DNA of 64,000 nucleotides, from contig OZ250150.1 of the NCBI GenBank assembly GCA_965237675.1, positions 5,408,001 through 5,472,000 on the forward strand, read 5' to 3'. This document shows, piece by piece, positions 44,291-54,085 of this stretch (position 1 is its first letter; the number at the start of each line of letters is the position of its first letter). Origin of the DNA: Candidatus Latescibacterota bacterium (GTDB lineage: Bacteria; Latescibacterota; UBA2968; GCA-2709665). Position numbers and translations under genes: made by a program. The notes beneath the pieces were generated by a model. It did no database searches, was not told the origin of the DNA, and saw nothing but the letters and a program-made list of their open reading frames with translations.

Positions 44291-44339
44291 TTGACAAAAC
44301 CGTCCGTCTGACGTATATTATTTAGAAAATGATACGTCA
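44291..44339 (+). promoter_or_regulatory. Sigma-70 promoter with overlapping palindromic operator for the TA operon
   Basis: TTGACA-N17-TATATT; inverted repeat TGACGTAT (44309) / ATACGTCA (44332). Confidence 0.75.
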
Positions 44340-44358
44340 CATCAGCCGAGAGATCGTC

Positions 44359-44589
44359 ATGCAGACCAAACTCACGCTGCGGATGGACGAGGAACTCATC
44401 CGCATCGCCAAGGATTTCGCGAGGTCCAGCGGAAAGTCCCTGTCACGGATTGTGGCCGACTATTTCGCACTCCTGGGAAGGGAGAATCAGGATGCCGAGA
44501 TGTCACACGTGGTTCGGTCTTTGAAGGGCTCGTTGCGGGGTGCTGACACAGAAACTGATCAGCGGTATCTCGAAGACAAGTACTTGTGA
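44359..44589 (+). CDS. RHH antitoxin (DUF6364-like)
   Basis: MQTKLTLRMDEELI..AK..A...GKSLSRIVADYF; GTGA overlap with the PIN gene. Confidence 0.8.
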   Translation: MQTKLTLRMDEELIRIAKDFARSSGKSLSRIVADYFALLGRENQDAEMSHVVRSLKGSLRGADTETDQRYLEDKYL

Positions 44590-45023
44590 AGATCCTCTTC
44601 GATACCAACGTGGTACTGGATCTTCTTCTGGATCGTAAGCCGTTCTCAGCCATCGCCGCGCGCCTTTTTTCCAGTGTCGACGCGGGCGATCTGTCGGGCT
44701 CCATCTGTGCGACAACGGTGACGACCGTCCACTGCCTCGCACGCAGGACGGTTGGAGATCGGCGTGCGCGCCGCGAAATCGGAAATATGTTAGACCTGTT
44801 TGACGTCGCGCCGGTAAGCCTGGCCGTGCTGGAGGGAGCTCTCGAATCGAAATTCAGGGACTTCGAGGATGCAGTAATGTATCATGCAGCCCTGAACGTG
44901 AATGCGGACGGAATCGTAACCAGAAACACCGGCGATTTCAAACGCGCAACGATCCCCGTATACGCGCCTGAAGAACTGGAACGTCTGGTTCAGGTGACGG
45001 GGGCGAGTATTTTCTATGGTTGA
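44586..45023 (+). CDS. PIN-domain toxin (VapC-like)
   Basis: FDTNVVLD, DFEDA, IVTRNTGDF. Confidence 0.88.
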   Translation: MKILFDTNVVLDLLLDRKPFSAIAARLFSSVDAGDLSGSICATTVTTVHCLARRTVGDRRARREIGNMLDLFDVAPVSLAVLEGALESKFRDFEDAVMYHAALNVNADGIVTRNTGDFKRATIPVYAPEELERLVQVTGASIFYG

Positions 45024-45215
45024 CATAGCAGTTGCATTTAATCAGCGGCAACTTCGTCTTGGAAGTCGTGATCTAGCTTGAGGTAATTGCGTCGGGCAAA
45101 GCGGACAGCGCTTGGAATCCGGTGAAACTCCTTACTGAGCAATCTGTCCTTATTATTACTCTGACGGAAAACGGATTGTGTCAGAGATCTTATACGGTTA
45201 TACTTCGATTGTCAT

Positions 45216-45578
45216 ATGCTCTGCGATTGGTTGCTTTATCTTTCAGCAGGAGAGTCGGGTGTGGGAGACCTCTTGGAAAAGGAAATTGTATCTCGTTTGC
45301 ATATGTACGATGAAGAGGAGTTAATCGACTTAGTTGAAGAGTACACTTTAACCGCGCTTGGTGATATACCCAAAACTGGTGATTATATCATTAGTCCTTG
45401 GGTTTTGCCTAGTCTTGATCGAAAAGACCCTAAGAACCGAACGATATATGAGGTAGTTTCACGTTACTTTCTGCCCAAGAATGGAAAAGAAGAAGAAGAT
45501 TGGGTATATATTGCTCTTGTCGTAAAAGAAAGAACAATGAACAAGGCCGAGTCTACGCTACTTGTAGCTTCTCCATAA
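45216..45578 (+). CDS. Hypothetical protein (AT-rich islet; true start probably 45273 or 45303)
   Basis: ORF with low-GC codon usage. Confidence 0.55.
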   Translation: MLCDWLLYLSAGESGVGDLLEKEIVSRLHMYDEEELIDLVEEYTLTALGDIPKTGDYIISPWVLPSLDRKDPKNRTIYEVVSRYFLPKNGKEEEDWVYIALVVKERTMNKAESTLLVASP

Positions 45579-45596
45579 TTCGCAAAGGATGAGTTT

Positions 45597-46073
45597 ATGG
45601 GTATTGCCGTTATGGGAGTGCCGGTTGCGCGAAAGATGGGAACTTATATTTTTCATTCAGCTGAACAAAGTAAGGCACTGATACAACAACACGAAGAACA
45701 AACGGCAGAAGAAGAAGCTTTTCGTAACTTGGAGGAGACTAATGCTGTCGTATTGGCAACTACAGCTGAATGGTATGAATTCCTGGAGTTGCTCGAGCAA
45801 GAGCCTGAAAATTATGTTAAAATGTGCCCAAATGGAGATGTAGAACGCACGATTAGAGGTTTGGAGCAATTTGGACGAACCGTACGAAAACCCAATTGGA
45901 TTAGTCTAGGTGAAGACGCTAAACGGAATTATCCTGAATTACATGAAAAATTCAAAATAGTGGATGATAATCTTATAGCTTTTGAAGCACTCTTACGTGA
46001 GGTAAGTTGGAGTTTATCAATATTGCATAAGGCAGATAATCTTGATGAAACACAATTTATACTGGTAGAGTAG
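45597..46073 (+). CDS. Hypothetical acidic helical protein (possible antitoxin)
   Basis: 158 aa; SD present; directly upstream of the RelE-like ORF. Confidence 0.6.
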   Translation: MGIAVMGVPVARKMGTYIFHSAEQSKALIQQHEEQTAEEEAFRNLEETNAVVLATTAEWYEFLELLEQEPENYVKMCPNGDVERTIRGLEQFGRTVRKPNWISLGEDAKRNYPELHEKFKIVDDNLIAFEALLREVSWSLSILHKADNLDETQFILVE

Positions 46074-46095
46074 TTTCTAAGGGGAGGAAGTGACG

Positions 46096-46442
46096 GTGGG
46101 TAGCAGTGAAACTGCATTTCTACCAGTCGTAAAAAAGATATATTTCTTTGACTCTAATGTAAAAAAGATGTAGAGAAATTCACTAAACCTACGCGAACTC
46201 GATATGTCGAATTCTTAGCTGATTTACGTCTTGGAAAGATCCCCCTGACAGGAAAAAATATCGCGCGACAAGGCGGCGTCTTAAAATACCGATTAAACGA
46301 TAGTATTCGAATTGCATTTATTGTTCAAGGTGATAAAGAGAAGAGGGTGGTTATTTTAGGTATTGGTGACCATCCTAAAATGGAAAGAATCATGCCTAGA
46401 TTGGAAGACATGATGAAGCAATACGGGAGAGAGCGGCTGTAG
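46096..46442 (+). pseudogene. RelE/ParE-like toxin split by a -1 frameshift at A_AAA_AAG
   Basis: GGAGG SD + GTG; frame 0 ends ...SNVKKM*; -1 frame continues KKDVEKF...KYRLNDSIRIAFIV...VVILGIGDH...*. Confidence 0.7.
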
Positions 46443-46470
46443 GACGACGGCCACACAAAGACATGCATCG

Positions 46471-46508
46471 AAAAGCCCCGGAGAATCGCTTCTCCGGGGC
46501 TTTGTTTT
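46471..46508. terminator. Bidirectional Rho-independent terminator
   Basis: AAAGCCCCGGAGAA-tcgc-TTCTCCGGGGCTTT between convergent genes. Confidence 0.8.
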
Positions 46509-46526
46509 GTCGTAAACGCGGACGGC

Positions 46527-47513
46527 TCATGGAATTGACGCAACCAGGTATTCCGCGGCGGACTCGTCGCGACGGACGACCGCGAAGTCGCGCCCCGCTG
46601 GAATCAGAAAGGTGTCGCCCTTCCTGGCGCGGAAAGATTCGTTGGCGCCGAGGACATCGGCGTCCCCTTCGATAAATGTGACCGCTGCGACGGAAGCGCA
46701 GGGCAAATGTTCGGTCCTGCGCTCGGAGGGACTGAAACGCTCCAGGCGGAAGTGTTCGGATTCAACCAGCAGGGTCTGCCCAGGGCGTGAGCCGAACAGC
46801 GCGGACGAGGCGACGGGCTTCGGGTGGGGTCCTTCGAAGGCAATGACGTCCAGGGCGCTTTCGATATGCAATTCTCTGGGTTTCCCGTCGGCCCCCGGCC
46901 GGTTGTAGTCGTAAATGCGGAAGGTGATATCGCTGGATTGCTGGACCTCGTACACGATGACGCCGGCGCAGAGGGCGTGGACCGTCCCGGGAGGGATGAA
47001 GACGACGTCGCCCGGTCGGGCGTCGAAAAACTCGACGGCATCCGAGACGCGGTTGTCGTTGATGGCGTCCACGAACGCGGATTTGTCAACGCCCGGTTTC
47101 AGACCGCAGGCGATGCGCCCGCTATCGGATTGGAGCACGTACCAGGCCTCCATTTTTCCGAATTTTCCAAGATGCTTCATCCGGGCGTATCCATCGTCGG
47201 GGTGGACCTGAATGGAAAGATCCTGGTGCGCGTCGAGCAGCTTGACAAGCAGCGGGAATTCGCCGTTGTAACGGTCGAATGCCGACGCGCCAAGCAACTC
47301 GCGGCCGTGCGTTTCCACCAGACCGCGAAGCGACCGGCCTGACAATGGACCTGCCGCAACGACGCTTTCCATGCCCGGGTACGCGGAAACCTCCCAGGAT
47401 TCGCCGAAATTCCGGCCGCGCGGCAGGGACTTATCGTACTGGTCCCGCAGCCTGCGGCCGCCCCAGATCATTTCTCTGAAATAGGGTTTGAGAGGAAGCA
47501 CACTCGGGAGCAT
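46527..47513 (-). CDS. manA: Mannose-6-phosphate isomerase, class I
   Basis: IWGG, GESWE, FPLLVKLLDA, LSIQVHP, GKMEAWY, HAL, EVQQSSD; TTGACA-N17-TATCTT promoter at 47594-47566. Confidence 0.9.
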   Translation of the reverse strand: MLPSVLPLKPYFREMIWGGRRLRDQYDKSLPRGRNFGESWEVSAYPGMESVVAAGPLSGRSLRGLVETHGRELLGASAFDRYNGEFPLLVKLLDAHQDLSIQVHPDDGYARMKHLGKFGKMEAWYVLQSDSGRIACGLKPGVDKSAFVDAINDNRVSDAVEFFDARPGDVVFIPPGTVHALCAGVIVYEVQQSSDITFRIYDYNRPGADGKPRELHIESALDVIAFEGPHPKPVASSALFGSRPGQTLLVESEHFRLERFSPSERRTEHLPCASVAAVTFIEGDADVLGANESFRARKGDTFLIPAGRDFAVVRRDESAAEYLVASIP

Positions 47514-47852
47514 GTCAGATCCCGTATTGCATGGTTTTGAAAAACCGACAATGAACGCTTCGTTCAAGATATCGCGTACGTATCGAGATGTCAATGTCGT
47601 TCCCGTGAACTGGCGCGCGCCAAACCGCTACCTCCGGACACCGTTTCATAGACGCCATATCAACGGCGCCGGTGTGACCGTCGGACCCGGGGATGTTTTC
47701 CCAGCGGATATTCATTCCGCTTGCGGCGCTTCGGCTCAGGCATTAGGTTATGGGCCCCGCCGGTGGATTTGCCTGGCGCGGGAAGTTGCGGCCATTCAAG
47801 ACGATGACATGTGTGCCGGGATCGGACATCGGATAGGCGTGAAAGGGTCGGC

Positions 47853-47996
47853 ATGTCGAACGATAGAATCATGGAACCCGAACGGCGCATCGGCGAATTG
47901 ACGGCGGAACTCCACGACCTCCAAAAGGCCAGCCCGGGAACGCCCGTCCCCGATTACACGTTTGAAACGATCGCCGGACAGAACGTGCTCGGCTGA
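47853..47996 (+). pseudogene. N-terminal fragment of a DUF899-like protein
   Basis: ERRIGELTAELHDL...PVPDYTFET then an early stop. Confidence 0.45.
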
Positions 47997-48053
47997 AGCC
48001 GGGGAAACGCGCGCGTCGAACGTTTGCAGCAGGCATGGTGAAATGAGGCCCTG

Positions 48054-49484
48054 GTGAATCTGATCGTCCTTTGCAGCGACACCTTTCGAGTGGATCATCT
48101 GAGTTGTTATCGGGATGATTCGCCGGTCAAAACGCCCAATATCGACCGCCTGGCGGCAGAGGGCGTGCGGTTCAATTCGGCGTTCGGGGAGGGCACGCCC
48201 ACGCTGCCCGCGCGCCGGGTGCTCTATACCGGCCGGCCGATTTTCCCCTTTCTGTGGGCGCCGCAGAAGGGGGACCGCGTGCAGCTTCCCGGATGGCATC
48301 CGCTGTTCTACGAGGACGTGACGCTGGCGGAGTGGCTGGTCGAACGCGGGTATACCACAGGGTTGATCAGCGATTTGCCGCACCAGTTCAAGCCCGGAAA
48401 GAACTTCCACCGGGGGTTCGTGCAGTTCAACTGGGAACGCGGCCAGGAAATGGACTACCTGGTGGCGGGGCCGCGAAGCGCCGTGCCCGTTGAAAGGTTC
48501 GATCCCACCGGACGGGCCACCCCGGTGCTGACGCAGTTTCTGATGAACAGCCGGGATTGGAAAGACGAGACCGATTGGTGCAGCGTGCGGGTGCTTCGGA
48601 AGGGCATCGATTTCTTAAGAGAGAATGCCGGCCAGCAGCCGTTCATGCTCTGGCTGGAGTGTTTCTTTCCGCACGAACCGTGGTTTGCGCCGCCGGAACT
48701 GGTGGAACAGCATTACGAGGGGGACGACCACGACGGCGTGGAGTGGATATTTCCTCCGGCCAACACCGACGGGATGAGCGAGAACCAGGTGCATCGGGTG
48801 CGGGCGCACTACCGTGGCCTGTGCGCGTTGATTGACCGGTGGTTCGGCCGGCTGATGGAGACCGCGGAGGAACTCGGTCTGTTGGAGAACTCTATCGTGG
48901 TTTTCCTCTCCGATCACGGCACGATGATGGGAGAACAGGGACAACTCCATAAGGGTCCCGACCGGCTCCGCTGGCAATGCACCCAGGTGCCCCTGATCCT
49001 GCGGCATCCGAACGTGGACGCCTTTGGCGGCAACGTTGTCGATGCCTTTGTGCAACACCAGGATCTCATGCCGACACTCCTGGGGCTGATGGAAACCGAT
49101 GCGCCGGATCGCTGCCTCGGAGAGGATCTCTGGCCGTACGTCAGGGGGGATAAGGACGGCGGGCGGGACCACGTGATTACCGCATTCGGGAATTATGCCA
49201 GCGTACGCGGCCGGAACTGGAATTTTCAGACGCCCTGGGTGAAAAACGACCCCAAGGCGGCGGACGGGAATCCGCCGGCGCTGTCACCGCCGGAGCTGTA
49301 CGATCTGACGTCGGATCCCGATGAACTGTACAATGTGGTGGACGCCCATCCAGACGTCGCGTTGGAATACTACGATCTGCTGATGGCGTATGTTGAGAAG
49401 AACAGACCGGTGACAGAAGGTTCACTGGAAGTGGGCAACACGGCGTTGTCCCACGTGCCGCTATTCGATCAGTCACGGTTGTAG
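48054..49484 (+). CDS. Sulfatase-like hydrolase (Thr at the nucleophile position)
   Basis: SDTFR.D, TPNIDRLA, PTLPARRVLYTG, PHEP, SDHG, ELYDL..DP.E. Confidence 0.85.
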   Translation: MNLIVLCSDTFRVDHLSCYRDDSPVKTPNIDRLAAEGVRFNSAFGEGTPTLPARRVLYTGRPIFPFLWAPQKGDRVQLPGWHPLFYEDVTLAEWLVERGYTTGLISDLPHQFKPGKNFHRGFVQFNWERGQEMDYLVAGPRSAVPVERFDPTGRATPVLTQFLMNSRDWKDETDWCSVRVLRKGIDFLRENAGQQPFMLWLECFFPHEPWFAPPELVEQHYEGDDHDGVEWIFPPANTDGMSENQVHRVRAHYRGLCALIDRWFGRLMETAEELGLLENSIVVFLSDHGTMMGEQGQLHKGPDRLRWQCTQVPLILRHPNVDAFGGNVVDAFVQHQDLMPTLLGLMETDAPDRCLGEDLWPYVRGDKDGGRDHVITAFGNYASVRGRNWNFQTPWVKNDPKAADGNPPALSPPELYDLTSDPDELYNVVDAHPDVALEYYDLLMAYVEKNRPVTEGSLEVGNTALSHVPLFDQSRL

Positions 49485-49562
49485 TCGAAATGCCGGGTCG
49501 CGGGTAACTCCAAAAAGAAGCCCGGTTACCCGCCACTCAATAAACACTCCAAGGGGGTTGAG

Positions 49563-50657
49563 ATGGCCGATAAACTGGGGGTTCTGGTTCATGGCGCGGG
49601 CTGGGTTTCCACGCAGCACATCATGGCCTATACCAAGAATCCACATACGGAGGTCGTGGCGGTATCCAGCCGTAAACTGTCAAGCGCGCGGACGCGGGCT
49701 GAGGAGGCCGGCCTGGAAGACATCGGGCTGTACGATAACTATGAGCAGGCGCTGTCGCACGACGGTGTGGACATCGTGTGCGTATGTACTCCGCAGCGCT
49801 TTCACGCCGGGAATACCATCGCCGCCGCGGAGGCGGGGAAACACATCGTCATCGAGAAGCCCATTGCCAACAGTCCGGACGAGATGAGGGCGATGCGCGA
49901 GGCCGTGCGCAAGGCGAACGTCCGGACGGTGGTGAGTTTCGTACTGCGCTGGAATCCGCTGTTCGAGACGGTCAAGGCGATGGTTGCGGACGATGCCCTG
50001 GGAGACGTCTATTACGTGGAAACGGACTACCAGCACGATATCGCAAGCTGGTGGACGGGCTGGGACGAGGCCCGGAAAACAAACACCGGGGTGAGTGCCT
50101 TTCTGACAGGGGGTTGCCATGCGATCGACTCGCTGCGCTGGTTCGCCGCCCGGGGCGAGTTCGAGGCGGCCGAGCCCGTGGAGGTCTTCGCCTATTCCGG
50201 AGGCTATCGGAAGGGACTCAAGAAAGAGTTCGACTATCTGGCCAACAAATGGGTGGACGGGTTGCCCCTGGAATACGAAGACCTGGAAGTGGCCCTGGTG
50301 AAGTTCTCCAACGGCGCCGTCGGAAAAGTCTCCGTGAATTACGGATGCATTATGCCATACGCGTTCCCCGTGGAAATCTTCGGTAACAAGGGGACGGTAA
50401 AGGACAACAAGGTCTGGTCACACAAGTATCCGGGGCAGAACGACTGGGTGGAAATCCCCGCCATTCTGCCGGATAGCGCGGATGTGTCCCACCACCCGTT
50501 CCAGGGACAGATGGATCATTTCGTGAAATGCATACAGTCAGATACGGAATCACACTGTAATCTGGACGACGCGATCGTGACGCACGAAATCGCATTTGCG
50601 GCGCTGCAATGTTACGAGACCGGACAGCCGGTGCAACTCCCGTTGTCGAATGGATGA
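49563..50657 (+). CDS. Gfo/Idh/MocA family oxidoreductase
   Basis: GAGWVS, GKHIVIEKP, GCHAID. Confidence 0.9.
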   Translation: MADKLGVLVHGAGWVSTQHIMAYTKNPHTEVVAVSSRKLSSARTRAEEAGLEDIGLYDNYEQALSHDGVDIVCVCTPQRFHAGNTIAAAEAGKHIVIEKPIANSPDEMRAMREAVRKANVRTVVSFVLRWNPLFETVKAMVADDALGDVYYVETDYQHDIASWWTGWDEARKTNTGVSAFLTGGCHAIDSLRWFAARGEFEAAEPVEVFAYSGGYRKGLKKEFDYLANKWVDGLPLEYEDLEVALVKFSNGAVGKVSVNYGCIMPYAFPVEIFGNKGTVKDNKVWSHKYPGQNDWVEIPAILPDSADVSHHPFQGQMDHFVKCIQSDTESHCNLDDAIVTHEIAFAALQCYETGQPVQLPLSNG

Positions 50658-50738
50658 GTCCTCGCAGGGCGATGGGATCAGGGGATTACCCTATCCCTCT
50701 CGCCCGTCCTTTGCAGAGACGGAAAGGGTTCCAGGACC

Positions 50739-52154
50739 GTGAAAAAACCCAATCTGCTGTTTTTCGGCGTGGACAGCCTGTGGGCGGCCCACATGAGTTG
50801 TTACGGGTACGAACGTTTGACAACGCCATACGTGGACAGGCTGGCCGCGCAGGGGGTGTTGTTCGAAAAGAATTACAGCCCGCACATTCCAACCACGTCG
50901 GCCTACGCGTCGATGCTGACGGGTCTGGATTGTTTTTCAACCCAGGTCGTGGCATTACGCCACCAGGGCGGGTTGAGACCGGAGGTAACGAGCCTGCCCG
51001 AAATTCTGGGCGATGCCGGCTACAGTACGACCTGCGTCGGGTTCACGGGCAACCCCAGTTCGCGCGGGTTCGACCAGTACCTGGGTTACGAGGCCTGGGG
51101 CTCGTGGGAGCAACGGCCCCTGCGAAAGGCCGAATGGCTGAACGACGTGACAATTCCGGAACTGGAGCGGCTGGCGGCGGCTGACGAACCGTTCTTCCTG
51201 TTTCTCCGGCATATGGATCCGCACGCGCCCTACCTCCCGCCTTCCCCGTACGATACGATGTTCTACAGCGGCGATCCCTGCGATCCGACCAGGACTTCGA
51301 TGGACCCGGTGCGGAATTTCAAGCCGTTTCGGGATTTCCATCTGAGCTGGATGCCGCCCGGCATCACGGACGCGGACTATGTGATTGCGCAGTACGACGG
51401 CGAAGTCGCGTATATGGATGCCTGCATCCAGCGCATCCTCACGCGCCTGGAGGAACTGGGTCTGGCCGAAGACACGCTCGTCGTATTCAACGGAGACCAC
51501 GGTGAGACGCTGGCGGATCACGATTGTTATTTCGATCATCACGGGATGTACGATTGCACCCTGCATGTGCCGCTCATACTGCGGCTCCAGGGCGTGCTGT
51601 CCGAAGGGCGGCGTGTGAAGGGATATTCAAACCACGCCGATCTTGTGCCGACCGTATTGGAGCTTCTGGGAATGGAATCGGAGATCGGGTTCGACGGAGA
51701 GAGCCTGTTGCCGCTGATTCGAGGAGAACGGGCATCGAACCGGTCCGAATTCTACATTACCGAGGCCACCTGGATGCGCAAGCACGGGTGGCGCACGCCG
51801 GAATGGAAGCTGATTGTGGCGCTGGAGCCGGATTTTCACGGAAAGCCGGAGGTCGAGCTGTACAACCTGGTGGAAGACCCCGGCGAGAACGTGAATCTTG
51901 CAGAAAAGGAACCCGGGGTGGTGCGGATGCTGCGAAACCGCATGGAGGCGTGGATTGCGAAACGAGAGGTGGAAACGGGCCTGACGAATCCGATGTACAC
52001 CAATTTACAGTGGCACGGCACCCGAAACGAAGGCCCCTTTCCCAGTTCCGAAGCGGCATATAACGCCCTCTACATCGGTTCGCCGAAAACGGCAAGGAAA
52101 CTGCAGGCGCGGGATGCCGAGGAGAACGAAGACAAAGAAGACGGCGAATCGTGA
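50739..52154 (+). CDS. Sulfatase-like hydrolase (Thr-type motif)
   Basis: PNLLF..VDSL, PTTSAYASMLTG, DPHAPY, DHGE, LHVPL, ELYNL..DPGE. Confidence 0.87.
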   Translation: MKKPNLLFFGVDSLWAAHMSCYGYERLTTPYVDRLAAQGVLFEKNYSPHIPTTSAYASMLTGLDCFSTQVVALRHQGGLRPEVTSLPEILGDAGYSTTCVGFTGNPSSRGFDQYLGYEAWGSWEQRPLRKAEWLNDVTIPELERLAAADEPFFLFLRHMDPHAPYLPPSPYDTMFYSGDPCDPTRTSMDPVRNFKPFRDFHLSWMPPGITDADYVIAQYDGEVAYMDACIQRILTRLEELGLAEDTLVVFNGDHGETLADHDCYFDHHGMYDCTLHVPLILRLQGVLSEGRRVKGYSNHADLVPTVLELLGMESEIGFDGESLLPLIRGERASNRSEFYITEATWMRKHGWRTPEWKLIVALEPDFHGKPEVELYNLVEDPGENVNLAEKEPGVVRMLRNRMEAWIAKREVETGLTNPMYTNLQWHGTRNEGPFPSSEAAYNALYIGSPKTARKLQARDAEENEDKEDGES

Positions 52155-52203
52155 CCCATTCACGGTTTTTACGCCGCCGCCTTCGTAAATGAGAGGCACG
52201 CCA

Positions 52204-53301
52204 ATGAGCCATGGAATTCCGCTGCTCGAGGTTTCAGGAGCGCCCTTGAATCGCGGGCAGGCGCACGGAGAGGTATTTCGGGAAGAGATCCGCGCGTTGC
52301 TTCCCGCCTATTTTGCGTATCTGGAGCATTTGAGCCGCAGCCATCGAGTACCGGTGTTGAGCAAGTCGCGGGTTCTTGAAATCACCGGGACCTACGCCAA
52401 ACCCGCGGAAGCATACGCCCCGGACCTGGTCGAAGAGGCACGGGGAATTGGCATCGGGGCGGGCGTACCGTACGAGGAGATTCTGGCGCTGAACGGGTTC
52501 CTGGACGTCTTCGACTGCCTTTCTCCCAACTTCGTGGAGGCGGGCTGTACGACGTTGATGGTTCCGGACAACGTAGACGGGGCGGGGGCCGCCATCGGGC
52601 AGAATTACGACCTGCCGGAGATTTTCTCGGCCTCCGCGGCGCTGCTGAAGATCACCGGCGACGGCCCGGACGCGCTGATGTACACAACGGCGGGCATGCT
52701 GGGCTGCGCGGGCCTGAACGGCGAAGGCATCGGCGTCGTCATCAACAACCTCGTCCCCGCCGACGCCGGCCCCGGCGTTCCCTACCCTTTCGTCATTCGG
52801 CGAATACTGGCCTCCGCAGGGATCGGAGACGCAATCGACGCGGTGGTCTCCTCCCGCCGTGCGTCGGGCATGAATTATGTTCTGTGCGACCGGCACGGGG
52901 AGATATACAACCTGGAAACCACGGCAGCGGACTACGAGGCCACCTGTCCGTTCGACGGACCGATGGCGCATTCGAACCACTATCTGGCAGACCGCCTGAA
53001 AACACTCGAGCGGCGGGCCTGGGATCAGCGAGGGCAGAGCCTCGCACGTTGGGGCCGGGCCACGCGGCTCCTGCGGGGATCAGCCGACCCCGATGCCGAG
53101 ACGATCAAGTCCGCGCTGAGAGACCACGTCAACAGCCCCGTCTCGATCTGCAGGCACAGCGTGGCCGGATGCGGGCAGACGATATGCGGCATTGTGCTGG
53201 AACCGTCGAATGGGCGGGTGTGGTTTTCCCGGGGGCCTTGCTGCGAGCACGCGTGGGTGGAGTACCGGCTGTTCGAGGCCGCGGGCCGGCAGGTTGCATA
53301 G
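52204..53301 (+). CDS. C45-family Ntn-hydrolase (acyl-CoA:6-APA acyltransferase-like)
   Basis: RGQAHG, autocleavage site G|CTT, GQNYD, GLNGEG, HSNHY. Confidence 0.85.
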   Translation: MSHGIPLLEVSGAPLNRGQAHGEVFREEIRALLPAYFAYLEHLSRSHRVPVLSKSRVLEITGTYAKPAEAYAPDLVEEARGIGIGAGVPYEEILALNGFLDVFDCLSPNFVEAGCTTLMVPDNVDGAGAAIGQNYDLPEIFSASAALLKITGDGPDALMYTTAGMLGCAGLNGEGIGVVINNLVPADAGPGVPYPFVIRRILASAGIGDAIDAVVSSRRASGMNYVLCDRHGEIYNLETTAADYEATCPFDGPMAHSNHYLADRLKTLERRAWDQRGQSLARWGRATRLLRGSADPDAETIKSALRDHVNSPVSICRHSVAGCGQTICGIVLEPSNGRVWFSRGPCCEHAWVEYRLFEAAGRQVA

Positions 53302-53345
53302 GCAGCGCCTCTCGCATTCACGGCGTACTTCAAGGGGCATCTGAC

Positions 53346-54047
53346 ATGGCAGTGAAAATCGAACGATGGTTCAGGGCGCCATACGCGATGCCGAACGGCG
53401 TGCAGGTTACCGGCGGCGGCATCTGGGTGGCGGACCAGGTTACGGATCGCGCGGCGCTGCTGGAAGTATCGGACGCCGATGAATACGGGATATTGCGGCT
53501 GCGTTCCGAGGTGCCCACCGAGTCGTCCAACACCAGCGGGCTGGCCTGGGGCGACGGATCGCTCTGGCTGGCGGCCAACGGTCCTGCGGAGAAGTGGCGT
53601 GCGGCTCGTGACAACGACGCGACGACGGGTGCGATCCTGCGGGTGGATCCCGATACCGGAAAAACCCAGGGGCGATGGCCGTTGCCTGGGGGCGGCGGAA
53701 CGCACGGGCTGGAATACGATTCGTATGAACCCGGAACGTTGTGGCTGACCACGTTGAAAGACCAGACGCTGACGCAGGTGCGGATTTCCGATTGGTCCAT
53801 TCAACGCGTGATTCACCTTCCGTACGGAAGAGCGCACGGCGTTGTGCGCGTGGAAGACGGCGTGTGGGTTGTACACACGTCGGAGCGGACGATCGTGAAA
53901 CTGGATCTGCATGCGGGAAACGAACTGGGTCGGATCGAGGTCCCTCACCCGGACCCGGAGCCGCACGGGCTTTCCGCCTTCCACACGGGATTTCTCTATT
54001 GCGACGCGACATCGGGATGGGTAACAAGAATCGACATGGATGCATAA
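53346..54047 (+). CDS. Beta-propeller protein
   Basis: Blade repeats PNG, TSGLAW, THGLEY, AHGV, PHGL. Confidence 0.7.
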   Translation: MAVKIERWFRAPYAMPNGVQVTGGGIWVADQVTDRAALLEVSDADEYGILRLRSEVPTESSNTSGLAWGDGSLWLAANGPAEKWRAARDNDATTGAILRVDPDTGKTQGRWPLPGGGGTHGLEYDSYEPGTLWLTTLKDQTLTQVRISDWSIQRVIHLPYGRAHGVVRVEDGVWVVHTSERTIVKLDLHAGNELGRIEVPHPDPEPHGLSAFHTGFLYCDATSGWVTRIDMDA

Positions 54048-54085
54048 CGGTTGTTTCATACGACGCGCGAGCGATACGGCCAGGC

